Positions 11,622-25,654 of a stretch of 64,000 nucleotides of DNA are shown here, piece after piece. Within the stretch, counting starts at the first letter, position 1. Each line of letters opens with the position of its first letter. The notes beneath the pieces are model-generated. The model was not told the origin of the DNA. It ran no database searches and saw only the letters and a program-made list of their open reading frames with translations. Both the position numbers and the translations under genes were made by a program. The DNA is from Azolla caroliniana (Eukaryota > Plantae > Polypodiophyta): contig JBHGNT010000005.1 of assembly GCA_043228905.1 (NCBI GenBank), positions 23,932,001 to 23,996,000 of the forward strand, written 5' to 3'.

Positions 11622-12551
11622 ATGGCAAGCGATGGAGTAGTTACGGTCTATGGCAATGGTGCGATTTCGGACCCAAAGAAATCGTCATACGCAGTGAAGG
11701 TTGGATTGGCTCAGATGCTGAGGGGTGGAGTGATCATGGACGTTGTAAATGTTGAACAAGCACGTATTGCAGAAGAAGCAGGAGCTGCAGCTGTTATGGC
11801 TCTTGAGCGTGTTCCGGCAGACATAAGAGCCGAAGGTGGAGTTGCACGCATGAGTGACCCTGGCTTAATCAAAGAAATCAAGAATGCTGTAACTATCCCT
11901 GTTATGGCTAAAGCTAGGATAGGTCACTTTGTTGAAGCCCAGGTTCTCGAAGCCATCGGTGTCGATTATATTGATGAGAGTGAAGTTCTTACTCCCGCCG
12001 ACAACGTGAATCATACCAACAAGCATAACTTCAGGATTCCTTTCGTCTGTGGATGTAGGAACTTAGGCGAAGCTCTACGAAGGATCGCTGAAGGTGCAGC
12101 GATGATTCGAACCAAAGGAGAGGCTGGAACTGGTAACGTGGTCGAAGCAGTGAGGCATGTGAGGTCAGTGCTAGGAGAAATTAGGAAGCTTCAGAGCTTA
12201 GATGACGATGAGGTGTTCACGTTTGCGAAGGAAATCGCAGCTCCTTATGAGCTTGTGAGGCAAACCAAGCAACTTGGCCGCCTCCCGGTAGTGAATTTTG
12301 CTGCTGGGGGTGTTGCCACCCCTGCGGATGCTGCCATGATGATGCAACTTGGCTGTGATGGCGTCTTTGTCGGATCAGGAATCTTTAAGAGTGGGAATCC
12401 TTCTCAACGTGCAAGAGCCATTGTCTCAGCTGTCACTCACTTTAATGATCCTAGTGTTATAGCAGATGTTAGCTGTGGGTTGGGTGAAGCTATGGTCGGC
12501 ATTAACCTCAGCGATAAGAAAGTAGAGCGCTTTGCAGCCAGATCGGAGTAG
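11622..12551 (+). CDS. PDX1: Pyridoxal 5'-phosphate synthase subunit PDX1 (309 aa, intronless CDS)
   Basis: [15 protein letters not shown]...[14 protein letters not shown]...[13 protein letters not shown]...[11 protein letters not shown]...[14 protein letters not shown]...ERFAARSE. The catalytic Asp and Lys residues are retained. Confidence 0.98.
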   Translation: MASDGVVTVYGNGAISDPKKSSYAVKVGLAQMLRGGVIMDVVNVEQARIAEEAGAAAVMALERVPADIRAEGGVARMSDPGLIKEIKNAVTIPVMAKARIGHFVEAQVLEAIGVDYIDESEVLTPADNVNHTNKHNFRIPFVCGCRNLGEALRRIAEGAAMIRTKGEAGTGNVVEAVRHVRSVLGEIRKLQSLDDDEVFTFAKEIAAPYELVRQTKQLGRLPVVNFAAGGVATPADAAMMMQLGCDGVFVGSGIFKSGNPSQRARAIVSAVTHFNDPSVIADVSCGLGEAMVGINLSDKKVERFAARSE

Positions 12552-13594
12552 CTCTTTTTCTTCCATTTGTTTGCGCAACAAAACCTCTGTAAACCTCTGT
12601 TTGCGGTGATTTTGGGTTTGAGGAAGTGGGTCTTTTCGTTGAAGTCAAATTTCTGGCTCAACAAGAGGGGACATTGGACATGCTGACAAAACTCTGATTG
12701 TTCAACAATCAAGAGGGACACTGGATTTGTGTACTTTTGTTGCCTCTCAACATTGCATTGCTCTCAAAGTACTAAAGCTTTTCAACAAACTATATTTCCT
12801 ATATTTACTGCATTGCATTGCATTGCGTAACTTCATATCTATTTACTCCAGTTCAAAAAAAAAAGCTCTAACAAGGCGTCTCTTGTATGAATCAAGAAGC
12901 TGTATTTCTTAAATGTATTGCATTGCTTGACCTTTTATTGCTTTCCCTTGAATTAGAAAATTGCTTTAACATGGTGTTATCTCTTGTATTTACAAGCGAT
13001 TTGAGTGTTGTCCAGGTGTTTGTCTTAAAATGTGTTGTTAATTGTGGTAATGACTGTTTAATTGTTAGCACTACCAATGGTATGTGTGTTGAAACTGATG
13101 AAAGTATTTACTTGATATGATTTGTATGGATATGTTTCTACACAAATCTGGTGATAAGGGTTTGGATATGTGGGGTTGGCATTGTTTTAACGGTGCAAAT
13201 AATAGGAGACTTTGTGATCTCTGAGTTTGAGTGAAGCAAAGAATGGTGGAGGGTTTTTACCATTTTCCTTGTGATCTTCATATCTGATCGATCGGAAGTT
13301 ACCCGTTATAGTGGGATTAGTGTGAAGTATATCTCATTAGTGAAAGCAAATTGAGGGAGATAGATTAATGACGTAACGAGTTAGAAATGGTGTACGAGAC
13401 CAAATAAAGAGTGTGCATCTTTAATTGGTGTCTCATCTTTGAGAACAGTGAACTGAAATAATAAATTATAACTCAACTTAGGTACTATATAGTCATCTTA
13501 GCTAAGCAATTGGTTTTCTAAACTTAGATGAAGCGAAAAACTTTTGCATCTGAAATTTCTCCAACTTTTGCACCTCTTTGGAGAGAGTGACACA

Positions 13595-13809
13595 CCTTTG
13601 AGGTAGGGTGATAATGGCTTGGCCTATTGTCAAAATAACTATTGTTACTACATTTCTTTATTGGGGATAAAATTGATAGCTTCAAAATGGATTGTGGGAG
13701 TGCCTTTGAGGTAGGGCGATAATAGCGTGGCCTATTGTCAAAATAACTATTGTTACTACATTTCTTTATTGGGGGTAGAATTGATAGCTTCAAAATGGAT
13801 TGTGGGAGT
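13595..13809. repeat. Tandem duplication, 108-bp unit x2
   Basis: CCTTTGAGGTAGGG...GGATTGTGGGAGT at 13595 and 13703. Confidence 0.9.
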
Positions 13810-14114
13810 TTTGGTAGCACTCTTTAATATTATGTGAGTTTGGTAAACAACCAATGCCCCCACAAATTTGATATTTCTCTAAAATTAGTTGTAATCCAAT
13901 GCATTCAGTGTTTGGAAAGTTTTTTGATAAAAAACTTTGAAGCCAATTGGTCCTAATTTGATTGATGATTCGATGGTTCATACTCAATAATTGGTAATCA
14001 ACAGATTGGGCATGGTCCACACAAGATACAAATTCGAAAACAATGGAATATTTATTTAATCGGTTTCTTTATCAATTTTCTCTTTTAACTTTCAAACAAT
14101 ACAGCCCATAACTA

Positions 14115-14262
14115 TCAATCAATGATACACAAACTTTAATTTGATAAATGATACACAAACCTAAACTTGATCAATGATGTTGCAATCCTTAACTTTCGAT
14201 CAATGATACACAAACCTCAACTATTGATCAATGATACACAAACTTAATTTTTGATCAACAAT
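14115..14262. repeat. Degenerate minisatellite with core GATCAATGATACACAAAC, ~5 copies
   Basis: Motif recurs at ~27-30 bp spacing. Confidence 0.75.
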
Positions 14263-15806
14263 GTCAAAATCAATAAACTGAATCCATACATCATGAATAA
14301 CACATTTATTGAATTTGAAGTGATTGTAACCATGGGATTCTTTGGATGGTAGACATTTGAAACATCATTAGTGCAAAACACTTGACAAATAAACACATTA
14401 TGCTTTAAGCACATCACATGGATAGGAATTTCTATTGATTGTGAGAGGATTAGAATGTGCATCTCCTAGAAATGTAGAGAAAGTATGTTTAATACTAGAA
14501 ACACTCTCAAAGAAGACATTATCTGCTACACGACATACTCAAACATACATGACACCATCAATTTGGACCTTTTAATTTCTATTGTGTGCCTAAAAAATGT
14601 CAAACAATAGATGTTGGGCGTTTGGAAAATAAATATATCTTTTCATTCTCATTCCAATTGGTTTTATGTGGTTAATTTGTCGGGGAGAAAATGCATGAAT
14701 ATTGTGCAAGAAGAGCTATTTGATGTGGCAAAAAGGTGATGTGACATCATTAGCCAACACAACCGAGAAATTTGAGGGAAATGATTGGGAATTGAATTGA
14801 GAGTCTCCCATTGCAACGATATTTGCATACGTATGTATGTATGAGCAAAAACATCATGTGTGTGCATTTACAAATTTAGGTACTGACGTATGTACATGTT
14901 CATGTACTCGTATGTGAATGTGTTCACGTGTGGGACATGAGTATAATAGGTGTATCCCATACTTCAACTTTCTAAATAGAATATTCAATAGTTAAGAAGT
15001 TGCTCAACTCTCAAAGGAATCCATTCGCAATGAATTATTTTCTGCATGCATTCAAGTTTGGGAACTAGACAAAACATTCTTTGAAATTTCGAACCCTCTT
15101 GTATAAAAATAGCGAGTGGTAGATGACTAAAGTTCATACACGAGTTTGGAAACTAAACGAACAATTTTTTTTGATTTTTCAACATCTCAAAGGACTACTT
15201 TTATCTACGACCAGCACACAAACAAAACGTTTGGTTTGATGACAAGAATTCCAAGTCTAACACCTTGATGCGGACATTAGAATAGATGGACATGAGACTT
15301 TGAAGTTTCCAGAAATCCTTAGGAATGAATGGTCAATATAAAGATAATATAACTAACAACTTTTGAATTGTATGATGCCAACCCACATTTATGTTGTCAT
15401 CATAAATTATAGCACCTCGATTGCTCTGTTGAGCATTCAAATTAGGTAAACAAGGCCAAAATATAACAGGTTGTTCATGACATGAAGCAACAACATATTC
15501 CCATCCACACAAAGCAACAACCAACAAACCCCCAAGTTCCAAACCTCCGAGGAAGTGTCAACTCACAATCGGCTATATATACACACAACTATGTATGCCT
15601 TCTTTACCTATTTCACAATCCTCTAATGTTGCCGATTTGCCATTTAGGGAGTTGCACTAACGTGTCTTCCATGATATGCACAAATCACATCCAACGAGTA
15701 ATGCCAAATCGACAAACATACCATCGACCCATGCATGCTTCCATTTAGAGTGGAAGCAGGGTTGTTGGACAATGATGGGACCAAGAGTTCTTCTCATTGA
15801 CACCAT

Positions 15807-15969
15807 CCTTACCGGATGAAATGCGGGTCGACACTAAAGGCCGGTTCTATGTTTGAGCTATATCCTATACAAAAGAGCAAGGGTGTAAGTGTGAATTGAT
15901 CATTCGGAGGCTCGACAAAGGCGTCTATCTGGTCCGATCCGATTCAATCTCTTGTGGAGACTACGGCAA

Positions 15970-16011
<42 letters not shown>

Positions 16012-16184
16012 TCTCTCTCTCCCTTACCGGATGAAATGCGGGTCGACACTAAAGGCCGGTTCTATGTTTGAGCTATATCCTATACAAAAGAGCAAGGGTG
16101 TAAGTGTGAATTGATCATTCGGAGGCTCGACAAAGGCGTCTATCTGGTCCGATCCGATTCAATCTCTTGTGGAGACTACGGCAA

Positions 16185-16238
<54 letters not shown>

Positions 16239-16260
16239 TCTCTCTCTCCCTCTCTCTCTT

Positions 16261-16292
<32 letters not shown>
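15807..16292. repeat. 215-bp exact tandem duplication, each unit ending in a (CT)n microsatellite, followed by (CA)n
   Basis: CCTTACCGGATGAAATGCGG...GGAGACTACGGCAA(CT)n at 15807 and 16022. Confidence 0.92.
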
Positions 16293-16295
<3 letters not shown>

Positions 16296-16518
16296 TGGAA
16301 GAGTGAAGATTATTAAGAAATTGTCAATTGGGTGGTAGTTGTAACTTGTAAAATGTGAGCACTCTAAATATAGAGCAGAAAACAGAGGTAAAAAAAACAG
16401 AGGAAGAAAACAGAGACAAAAAACAGAGGAAAAAAAAAACAGAGGAAGAAAACAGAGACAAAAAAAACAGAGGAAGAAGAAGGACTACAAAGGCTTTTGG
16501 AAAAATTCCTGCAAGTAC

Positions 16519-16563
16519 TCGCCATCGCCATCGCCATCGCCATCGCCATCGCCATCGCCATCG
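16519..16563 (+). repeat. (CGCCAT)7 hexanucleotide microsatellite in the probable PUB 5' leader
   Basis: Direct reading of the sequence. Confidence 0.9.
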
Positions 16564-17509
16564 CTCACAGAAAGGTCGGTCCGCCGCCTGTCTTTCTTCC
16601 TTCCCTTCTATACATTCCATTCTGTGAAACTCCTTTATATATTCTGCCTCCCTTTCTCCTTCTCCTTCTCCGACTCTCTGTCTCCCTTTCTGTGTATGTA
16701 TATCGAGCAATTCATCTGCAGAAAGGTAACCGTCTTGCAAACATGTGCAGAAGAGAAACTATCTTAGCAAACATCTGTAGAGAGTAAGTCTTCTTTGCAA
16801 GAATCTGCAGAGAATAACTCTTCGTTTGCAACCATCCGCAGGAAAGAAACAAGCACCTGAAGAAAAGAAAGCATCTCTGCAAAACCGTGGAGGAAAATTC
16901 AACCACCTTGGGCGAAGCTCTGCTCTGATAGTACCCATCTTGCGAAACTGTGGCGAAAATAATTATGTCGCGAATCTTTGTTCCTTTACGCAGAGAAAGA
17001 AATAACCTTGCAGAATTGTGCAGAAACCCGAAGCAGATCTTAGCCAACTTGAAACAGGTGTATACATTGTAGCAATACTGGTTTCCCATGGAAGTTTTCA
17101 TGTGTATACATGCGTAACGAGAATTTCCGATTTCTTCGGCACACTATATCAAGCCTTTTGGAAAAGCCCAGTTTCAGTTGAGAATCAGAGAGGAATTTCG
17201 AGAAAAAGATTTACAAAGTTAAAGAAGAAGAAGAATACAAGAAGAAGAATCCAAGCAGGAGAACCTTAGAAGAAGAAGAAGAATCTAAGACATCATACAA
17301 GTGTCCATGGGAAGTATCCTTAAGAAGAAGAGGAGGAGTAGGACATACTAAAATGAGTGATTTTGCAAAGACAATCAGTCATAGGCACAGCAGCTTAACC
17401 AAGAAGAAGGTATCACACATCATAGAAGTTGTGATTTCTTCATTAGACTTTTGACGAGAACAGTTTGTCTTCCCTTTTGCTTGGGGGCTATTTCCCTTCT
17501 ATTATCAAT

Positions 17510-19993
17510 ATGGAGGGACAAAATCAAAGTATTTCACTCCTTGAGTCTATATGGCATAATGCCAACCAGATAGTTGGAGCAAAAGGTTTTCCTTCTAGTC
17601 ATAAGAGAGTCTGTGTTGACCTGATTCGCAGAGTTAAGCTCATTCTGCCATTTCTTGAAGAGGTTCGAGAATCTCAAGATTCCTCGTTGCAAGAAGCTTC
17701 CATTTCTGCTTTCTATGCCCTCGAAAAAGCTCTATGCTCTGCCCTTCGTTTACTTCAGTTTTGCAAAGACGGCAGCAAATTATATCTGGTTTGGCTCTTT
17801 CCAACTTTTGAGTTTAATTTTCATCCATATGTGCTAAATTCTCAAACATTTTAATTTGCTTCGTATGCCCACATAAAGTTTGATTTCAATGTCAGTTGAT
17901 TCGCATACACTTGCTTTGTTCCATTTGTACACATGGAATGACTTCCATTATCTGATGTTGATACATATCACAAATATAGAGCATCTGCTCAAAAAGCAAG
18001 TTTTGGTGTTTTTGTTTGGTCTCTTTTCCTTAGGTTTTGGAGAGGGGAGTTATTGCAAACAGACTCTATGAAGTGACTGATGCAATGGATAAAGCTTTAG
18101 ACCAAATGCCAACCAAATGTTTAGAACTCTCATTAGAGGTTCAGGAGCAGGTGAATTTCTTATGCTTGCAACTTTAGTCTGTAAACAGCCTGTAATTTCG
18201 ACGGAAATGGGATTCTTAGCCTATGATTTATGCAAAATGTTACAGATTGAGCTTGTCCATGCCCAACTGAAACGAGCAAAAGGAAGATCAGACACACACG
18301 ACATGGAACTATTTATGGATGCAATGCTAGCCATTTCAGAGAAGGATGACACAAAAGCTCTCTGTCAAGTTGCTGAAAAGCTTCAGCTTAAAAGTCCTTC
18401 ACAACTAAAAACTGAAGCTCATGCTGTACAAAACTTGATTAAGGAGAGGAATGGGGTTGTTGATGAAAGCCTTAAACAGATTTTGGGTTTACTGAGGAGA
18501 CTTACTCTTTTAATTAATGAAGCTGATACTGAATTAGATAGTTTGGAACTTGAGAAGCTTTCATTCTATGATGTAGCTGATGGTGAAAATCCACAATCAC
18601 CTGTTGTACCTAATGATTTCCGGTGCCCAATATCCTTGGAGCTCATGAAAGATCCAGTCATAGTTGCGACGGGGCAGGTTAGCTACTTATGATTATGATT
18701 ATGATTTTCCTGATATCTATAGAAAAGATTATTCTTGTAATATGTTTAACAGTGTTTTACATGCTTATGCCAGAATTTATATGTCAAAATGTGATTTCTG
18801 GGCTTGTGCAAGAGACTTGATATGATTTTCTGTACTTAGAGCCTTTGTTTTGAAATGTGTGTTTAAATGTGCTACTGCTGCTGCTTGCATAAGACTTTTT
18901 TGTATGTCTTCTGGTGCAGACTTATGAGAGATCGAGTATCCAAAAATGGTTAGAAGGACATAAGACTTGTCCTAAGACTGGGGAGGTTCTCCCACATACA
19001 GTGTTAACTCCTAATTTTGCACTGAGAAGTCTCATCATTGAGTGGTGTGAAGCTAATGGAATTGAAGTCCCAAAAAGAGCATGTCTGAATCGAGGTAATA
19101 AGACTTCTTTGGTGCTATCTTCCAAAGATGGCATCTCTTTGGATATGCTTATTGAGCATTTATGCAGTGGTCAATTAGAATTACAGAGGGTTGCAGCTGA
19201 AGAGATAAGATCACTAGCAAAACAAAATGCTGATAATAGAGTGTGTATAGCAGAAGCGGGTGCTATTCCACTTCTAGTGAATCTCCTCTCAACTGAAGAT
19301 TCTCGCACTCAGGAACATGCTGTTACTGCGTTGCTTAACTTGTCAATTTATGAAGGAAATAAAAGAGCTATAGTGAGAGCTGGGGCTATCCCACACATTG
19401 TTGGAGTTTTAAAGTATGGAAACATGGAAGCAAGAGAAAATGCTGCAGCTACTCTCTTCAGTCTATCTGTGATGGATGAAAACAAGATGATGATTGGAGC
19501 GGCTGGAGCTATTCCTCCACTGGTAGACCTATTGAGAGATGGGAACCCTCAAGGAAGGAAAGATGCTGCAACTGCTCTGTTTAACCTAGCAATTTATCAA
19601 GGGAACAAGCGAAGAGCTATTAGAGCTGGAATAATCGATCCTTTAATGAGGCTAATGGTTGATCTCACTGCCGGAATGAGAGATGAAGCATTAGCTATCC
19701 TTGCTATCCTCGTCACCCACCAAGAAGGAAGAGTTGCTATTGGCAATGCTTCAGCAGTGCCAGTATTAGTGGATATAATAAAGAATGGCTCATCACGCAA
19801 TAAGGAGAATGCTGCCTCAGTTCTTTTAGCATTGAGTTCTAGTGATATAAGTCATTTAATGGAAGCTCAAGAGCTTGGAGTAGAAGGCCCTCTCATTGAG
19901 CTTGTTCATTCTGGAACTGCGAGGGCAAGACGGAAGGCATCTAGTCTTCTAGAACGGTTAAACAAGCAAAATGAAGATTTAAGAAGTTCATGA
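17510..19993 (+). CDS. Plant U-box/ARM E3 ubiquitin ligase, PUB13/PUB14-like (UND-U-box-ARM, ~633 aa, 4 exons)
   Basis: Exons 17510-17788, 18034-18150, 18246-18677, 18920-19993, all GT-AG and in frame. UND segment GSKLYL|VLER; U-box [23 protein letters not shown]|[20 protein letters not shown]; ARM repeats ([42 protein letters not shown]). Confidence 0.95.
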
Positions 19994-22576
19994 TGAATTA
20001 AAATTGAGTTAGTTGATTTCAGTTAGCAATTGTAGGAGGAGAAAAGTTTAGTGACATGATAATGGTTTGTGAAAACCATGATGAAAATATAGGCGATATC
20101 AGTTTGTAAAGATGAAACCAGGAAAGTTTAGGGCCAAGATAATGGTTTGAGGAAGCCATGATGATAAGATGTGGAATCAGAACAAATCAGTGGACAGGCA
20201 GGGACGATTTTAGCAGCCATGATTAGTAGAAGATTGATGAAAGCATCACACGTTTGGTCTTTGAGAAGTGTTGTGATGACGTTTTAAGAAGACCATGATG
20301 AAAATACAGTTAATTTTAGTTAGTTCCCGTGGAATAAGATGGGAAAACGTCTAGGAAATTTTTTAGTAGCAAGATGATGTTTGAAGAAGCCCATGATGAA
20401 AATATGGTTCATCTCAGATCGTGCAGGCTGAAATCAGAGCTAGTAAATGCTGGAACTAGTACGTGAAATTGCGCCACCCGTTTGCCTCACAAAGTTATTG
20501 TAACATTTATATAAAGTTTGTTGCATTGTGGGTCCGACTTCACCATAAGCTTCCTAATTCATGCACTAGAGATATTCAAAAGAGAGATTGTTTATTGCAG
20601 AGTAACGATACAACACAGCTGAAATCCATTGCTGGTCTACTAATTTGTATTCGGTCTATGTTCATGAACATCTTGCAGGTTGAATAAAATGTTCTAAGGT
20701 AGACAAAGTCCTCCTTAGTATATTCATAATAAATCCACGAGAAAGAGAAATCAATTGCATATATGCTTCCATTCAATTGTTTATTTCCAAGTTGTTTTTC
20801 ATTATTAATAGCACTTCCTTATAATGGATTACAGCATTTTTCTCATCACTTTTTAGCTCATTGTTTTTTTCTTCCTTTTAATGGGTTTAAACAATGAGGA
20901 ACAACTTGTGAATGTCAAGTTGTTACTCTTTGACTTCTCTCAATCTCTCACGAGACCTATCACTACCATTTTCTTTTCTTTTTTAAGGAATAGAGGAGTC
21001 TATAACAGGTTATTACTAAAAAAGAGAAACAAGGAGAGAGATTTTATGTTTTGCTAACCATAGCCTTTAAATGCTCGAGAGTAAAACTAAACTACACAAC
21101 AGATTCAGTTAACGATTAAACTCCAGTGGTGAATTGTCTTGCTATCTATATTTATCCAATCTATTATGACATTCAACTATCCTGCATACTAATAATTGAC
21201 GTTTCATTTTGTACAAGTACTGCTATTTCTTAATGGTGATTATATTATTCTGAAATTTGTATTATTTTTAGGATAGAAGCTTTCCTTATTTAGGACTTGG
21301 GAGAGTTTTATTATTGATTGCCTATGGTCTTTTAGGTTCCTCTTTAGATTTTACAAGAATCCAGGACATCCACATATAGTTGCTTGTAGTCATTACTTTT
21401 TAACATGTATATCTTTAATCATGACACATGTCATGGTGAGATTCCTCTTTAGATTCTACAAGGATATCTAGCAATGCACACAATCGTTTCTTTGATAGAC
21501 ATTGCAATATATACATATTTGGTCATGATGTCTTTGAGTATTAATTTTAACAGTTTAACGTCTCCTCGGGCCCTCCTTGAAAACTAGGCATTACCTTCAA
21601 ATGAACACAGATAAAGCCATGGGCTTCTCATTAATGATCAATTTAAGAAATAAAAAGAAAACGACCATCAAGGAGCCTTGGTTGGATTCTTTTGTTGGAT
21701 CATATTCCCTAGATTTAGCATTAACATGAGCTTTGAACACTAATTTACTTGTAATAGAACCATGAGGAAAATGAATATTGAAGTTAGTTGCATTACCAAT
21801 TTTGCATTCGTGTCCTTATGATGCTTAAGTTGTCTATTTGGTATGATTTGAGTGCATATGAATTGAAGACATTTAATGGGTTTTTGAGCACATAGAGATG
21901 GTGGAGCATGTGATATAGAATCAAAGAGAAAATGACGCCGTACACACAGAGACTAGGATATAACCTTAACAATGGGGAGGGGGTTTCTCAATTATAGATA
22001 TTAGTACGCAGCAGAATCTTTCATTTGTAAGGTAAGATGACATTTTGTGCTAGCTAATAACAAATCGTTGAATGTGTCTGGGTTAAATCTCTAAATAAAA
22101 AAGGCTATATTTATACGGCAAGTAATAGCTTTGCCAATGGATTATAGGAAGGCCATTTCATCTAGTTAGAACTCAATGATATCATCGTTCAACTTATTTG
22201 AAGACATTTTACATTATACTAGTTCAGTTAAATAAGTATAGACAACAAGATCCACATAATTGGCCATCCGCAGATGGAATGCAAAGACTTGTTACCATGT
22301 TATAAGATCCTTGTTAAGATTCACAGAAAATACTCATGTGCGGGAACTCTATCAATCTATCTTAATGTAATCTCTTAATTAGGACACAAAACAAGATCTT
22401 CAACAAGGATCTCTTTTTATTCTGCTAGAATTTACAGCATTAAGTTTCTTTCCAAAGGTTTTACAAACCAGATTTTGCCCATGAAGGCAAATCATGAAAA
22501 GATTTGGAAGTTAAAGTCGGCTCTGTTTCATGCCACGCTTATGTGCATCTCTGTTGGGACCTCGAAACTGGGTAGC

Positions 22577-22807
22577 TTTTACAAGGGCTTTTATTATGGA
22601 GTTTGGTGAAGCCTTGTCATTGGGGATTAAATTTCCTTGCTCCTCAGATAGCTACAAAGTACGCTTTGCTCAACTTAGTATCTGGATATCTTTTACTAGA
22701 TCTTTTATTAGGGAGTTTGGTGAAGGCCTTGTCATTGGTCATTGGGGATTAAAATTCCTTGCTTCTCAGATAGCTGCAAAGTATTCTTTGCTCAACTTAG
22801 TGTCTGG
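22577..22807. repeat. Tandem duplication (~115-122 bp) spanning the peroxiredoxin stop codon and 3'UTR
   Basis: Second copy of the C-terminal codons (PDTKLSKAYFVAI*) at ~22644-22685. Confidence 0.85.
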
Positions 22808-25571
22808 CTTCATTGTTTTCTCACCAGGCTTCCATCCGGCAGGGCAAACTTCATCAGGATTGTCTTGCACATATTGCACTGCCTGCATGATTATTCATAA
22901 AAACAGCCCACAGTCAAAAAACAATTCTCAACAGCAACATAACCTTAAACAAGGCCGATTGTTATGCACAGACTCCTTCTACATCAGAATGGGTGTACTG
23001 CATATTATGAAGGCCCTTAAAAAGCGATTATACCTCAGGCATGAGAACAATTTCATTAACTTAGTGCCCGTCATATGTGAGATTCATAGTAGGAGATTGG
23101 GCCTCAAGTATCCAAACATACCCATTGGAGGATTTTAAACACACCCTTAGTTGGAGGGGTACCTCCAATCAATGTAGGAAAATGTGCTGTGCATTAAGTA
23201 CTTGGATCTCTGGCATGTGAATTGTGGGCCTCTCACACTAGCTCAGACAATGCAACCACACATCCAGATGACTAAGGACATACTTGGAAGTATGCGAAAT
23301 AAAAGTAGTACAACCAGTCATTTCAGAAGTCTTAGGGAAATGTTTGAAGTGAGGAAAAATAAAATTTATTTACCTGTAGGGTTCTTAAAGTTTCTTCTAC
23401 ACTACGACCAATTGCAAGGTTGTTAATAGTTGCATGTTGAATGACGCCCTCCTTGTCGAGGATAAAGAGGCCTCGAAGAGCAACACCCTAGAAAAGATTA
23501 GATTATCATATTATGATCCATAATAAAATGAAGTAACCAAAATTTACTATCAGCAATCAGAGCAAATGGCAAGAAAAAAAATATGATTCCATTGCCTTTC
23601 TTGCTTTTACCTGTCCCAGGATTAAAACGTTCCCTAATAAAATGAAGTAACCAAAATTTACTATCAGCAATCAGAGCAAATGGCAAGAAATTTTTTTTGA
23701 TTCCATTGCCTTTCTTGCTTTTACCTGTCCCAGGATTAGAACGTTCCATAATAAAATGAAGTAACCAAAATTTACTATCAGCAATCAGAGCAAATGGCAA
23801 GAAAAAAAATATGATTCCATTGCCTTTCTTGCTTTTACCTGTCCCGGGATTAGAACGTTGTAAGACTTTGAGATACTCTTGGTTAAATCAGCTACAAGAG
23901 GATATTTGAGATCACCCAATCCACCAGACTTCCTATCGGTTTGAATCCATGCAAGGTGTGAGAACTATTCCCAACGCACAATACAAGAAATTACATCAAT
24001 GAATCAATGAGTTAATGCAAAATTATTTGTTCTCTCTTACATAGCACAATATCACACTGAATTGAAGTTAAATTATGAGTTCTAAACACATTAAACTGAG
24101 GCTAAATTGTAGGTCCATACACATACCACACTCTCACTAAATGGAGCATACATTACTGGTGCATACCACGCTATCAATGGAAATACCGATAACTTCAGTA
24201 TCCAAGTCCTCAAATTCTGCATATCGATCGCTAAAAGCGGTAATCTCTGTCACATGCATGATATGGAAATATAATTTAGAATTATGGCTTACAGATTGAT
24301 CTCTGAGGTGCATCCTTATAAGGGAATATCATACCAGTGGGGCACACGAAAGTGAAATCCAAAGGGTAAAAGAATAGCACCACATACTTCTTCCCTCTAT
24401 AATCTGAAAGCTTAATCTGAAGGTAAAGGAAACAAATTTGACGAAAAATAAACAAAATGTTAGAATAGTGCTCGGGGGTTCATGTGTCGTTTTAACATTG
24501 AATGAAGCTAATTACTTATGATTTATGCAGCCGAACCCTACTTTTATGCATTTGCCTTAAAAGAATTAACAGTTGTCCTGTCAAAATGAATTGATAAAGC
24601 ATACTTACATTGATAAATTCTTGGTCAAAAACAGCCTCCGCTTGAAAATCTGGAGCTACATTGCCAACCAAAGGAAACTCTCCCTGCCATATTTAGGGAG
24701 CAAACTTCTATTAAAGAGAATAAGCCAGAAATAATATCCATTAACAAAGAACAATTTGAAGACGGTGGACAATGTTTTTATTAATAACATGCATGCTTGG
24801 TAATATAATACCACAACCAGGTTATTCTAATCAGTGGATATCCAGTTTGACAAATCTAGAGAATTTTCCATGTTTGAATTGTACAGTTGGTGGTTGAACA
24901 TTGTGAGGAAAGGGAACTCAACTCATTCATCTATGTGTAAGGGATTAAGAAGCTATGAAACAAGGCGTCATGAAAAACTGGAAAACGTTTCTCGATCGAA
25001 CAGAACACACTTCTTCACGCATACAAAATTCACGAAAAACTCTACACTTTTATGTAGAAAAAAGCATACGAATCAGTTTTTTAATCAGTGCAAAGAAATC
25101 GGAAGGAATTTTTAGCATATTTCTGAGCCGATAAAAAACGCGCGCGCGCGCGCACACACACACACACACACACTATAGACCTTCATTGTTCTTCTATTCT
25201 CCTGCATCTATTGTCTTCATCTGATTCTCCGACATTTCTCTTTCCTTCGTACTAATCCTCAGGGGTTTCCGATTCCATGCATGAAATAGTAGGAAAGTGA
25301 TGGAATCGAAACATACCGCTCGAACAACAAAAGACGGAGACGAAGAAGAAGAGGAATAAGACGAATCCTTGAAACAAAGGGAAGACGAAGGGAGGGGTGA
25401 TTGTCGCAGACCAGGAAGGGGTCGAGAGAAGGAAGAACTCCAAAGGGATCGTACGCGCGGATTATGGCGATGAGGAGCAGATGCAACGATCGAAGGAGGA
25501 GGAGAAGAAGAAGAAGAAGAAGAAGAAGAAGAGGAAGAGATTAAAGGAGAGAAGCAGAAGGTAGCAGCCAT
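22766..25571 (-). CDS. BAS1: Chloroplast 2-Cys peroxiredoxin (BAS1-type, ~282 aa including a Ser-rich transit peptide, 7 exons)
   Basis: Exons 25571-25317, 24683-24609, 24416-24335, 24246-24167, 23964-23839, 23487-23374, 22882-22766. They splice in frame to ...VVRA|[25 protein letters not shown]|[28 protein letters not shown]...[18 protein letters not shown]...GVALRGLFI...[11 protein letters not shown]...EYFAAI*. Both VCP motifs, GGLG and YF are present. Confidence 0.97.
23518..23860. repeat. 114-bp tandem triplication of the peroxiredoxin exon 5 end and 5' splice site
   Basis: Minus-strand GGGACAG|GTAAAAG at 23838, 23724 and 23610. Confidence 0.92.
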
Positions 25572-25654
25572 GGTGGATCTATCGTGGAAGCATAGGAAGG
25601 TGTCGAAGGGACATTTTATGAAGGAATCAGGAGATGGTGAGTAGAAGAATTTAG

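Noticed and set aside
22530-23138. 202-aa plus-strand ORF
   Set aside because: Antisense to the last peroxiredoxin exon and UTR, and lengthened by a tandem duplication.
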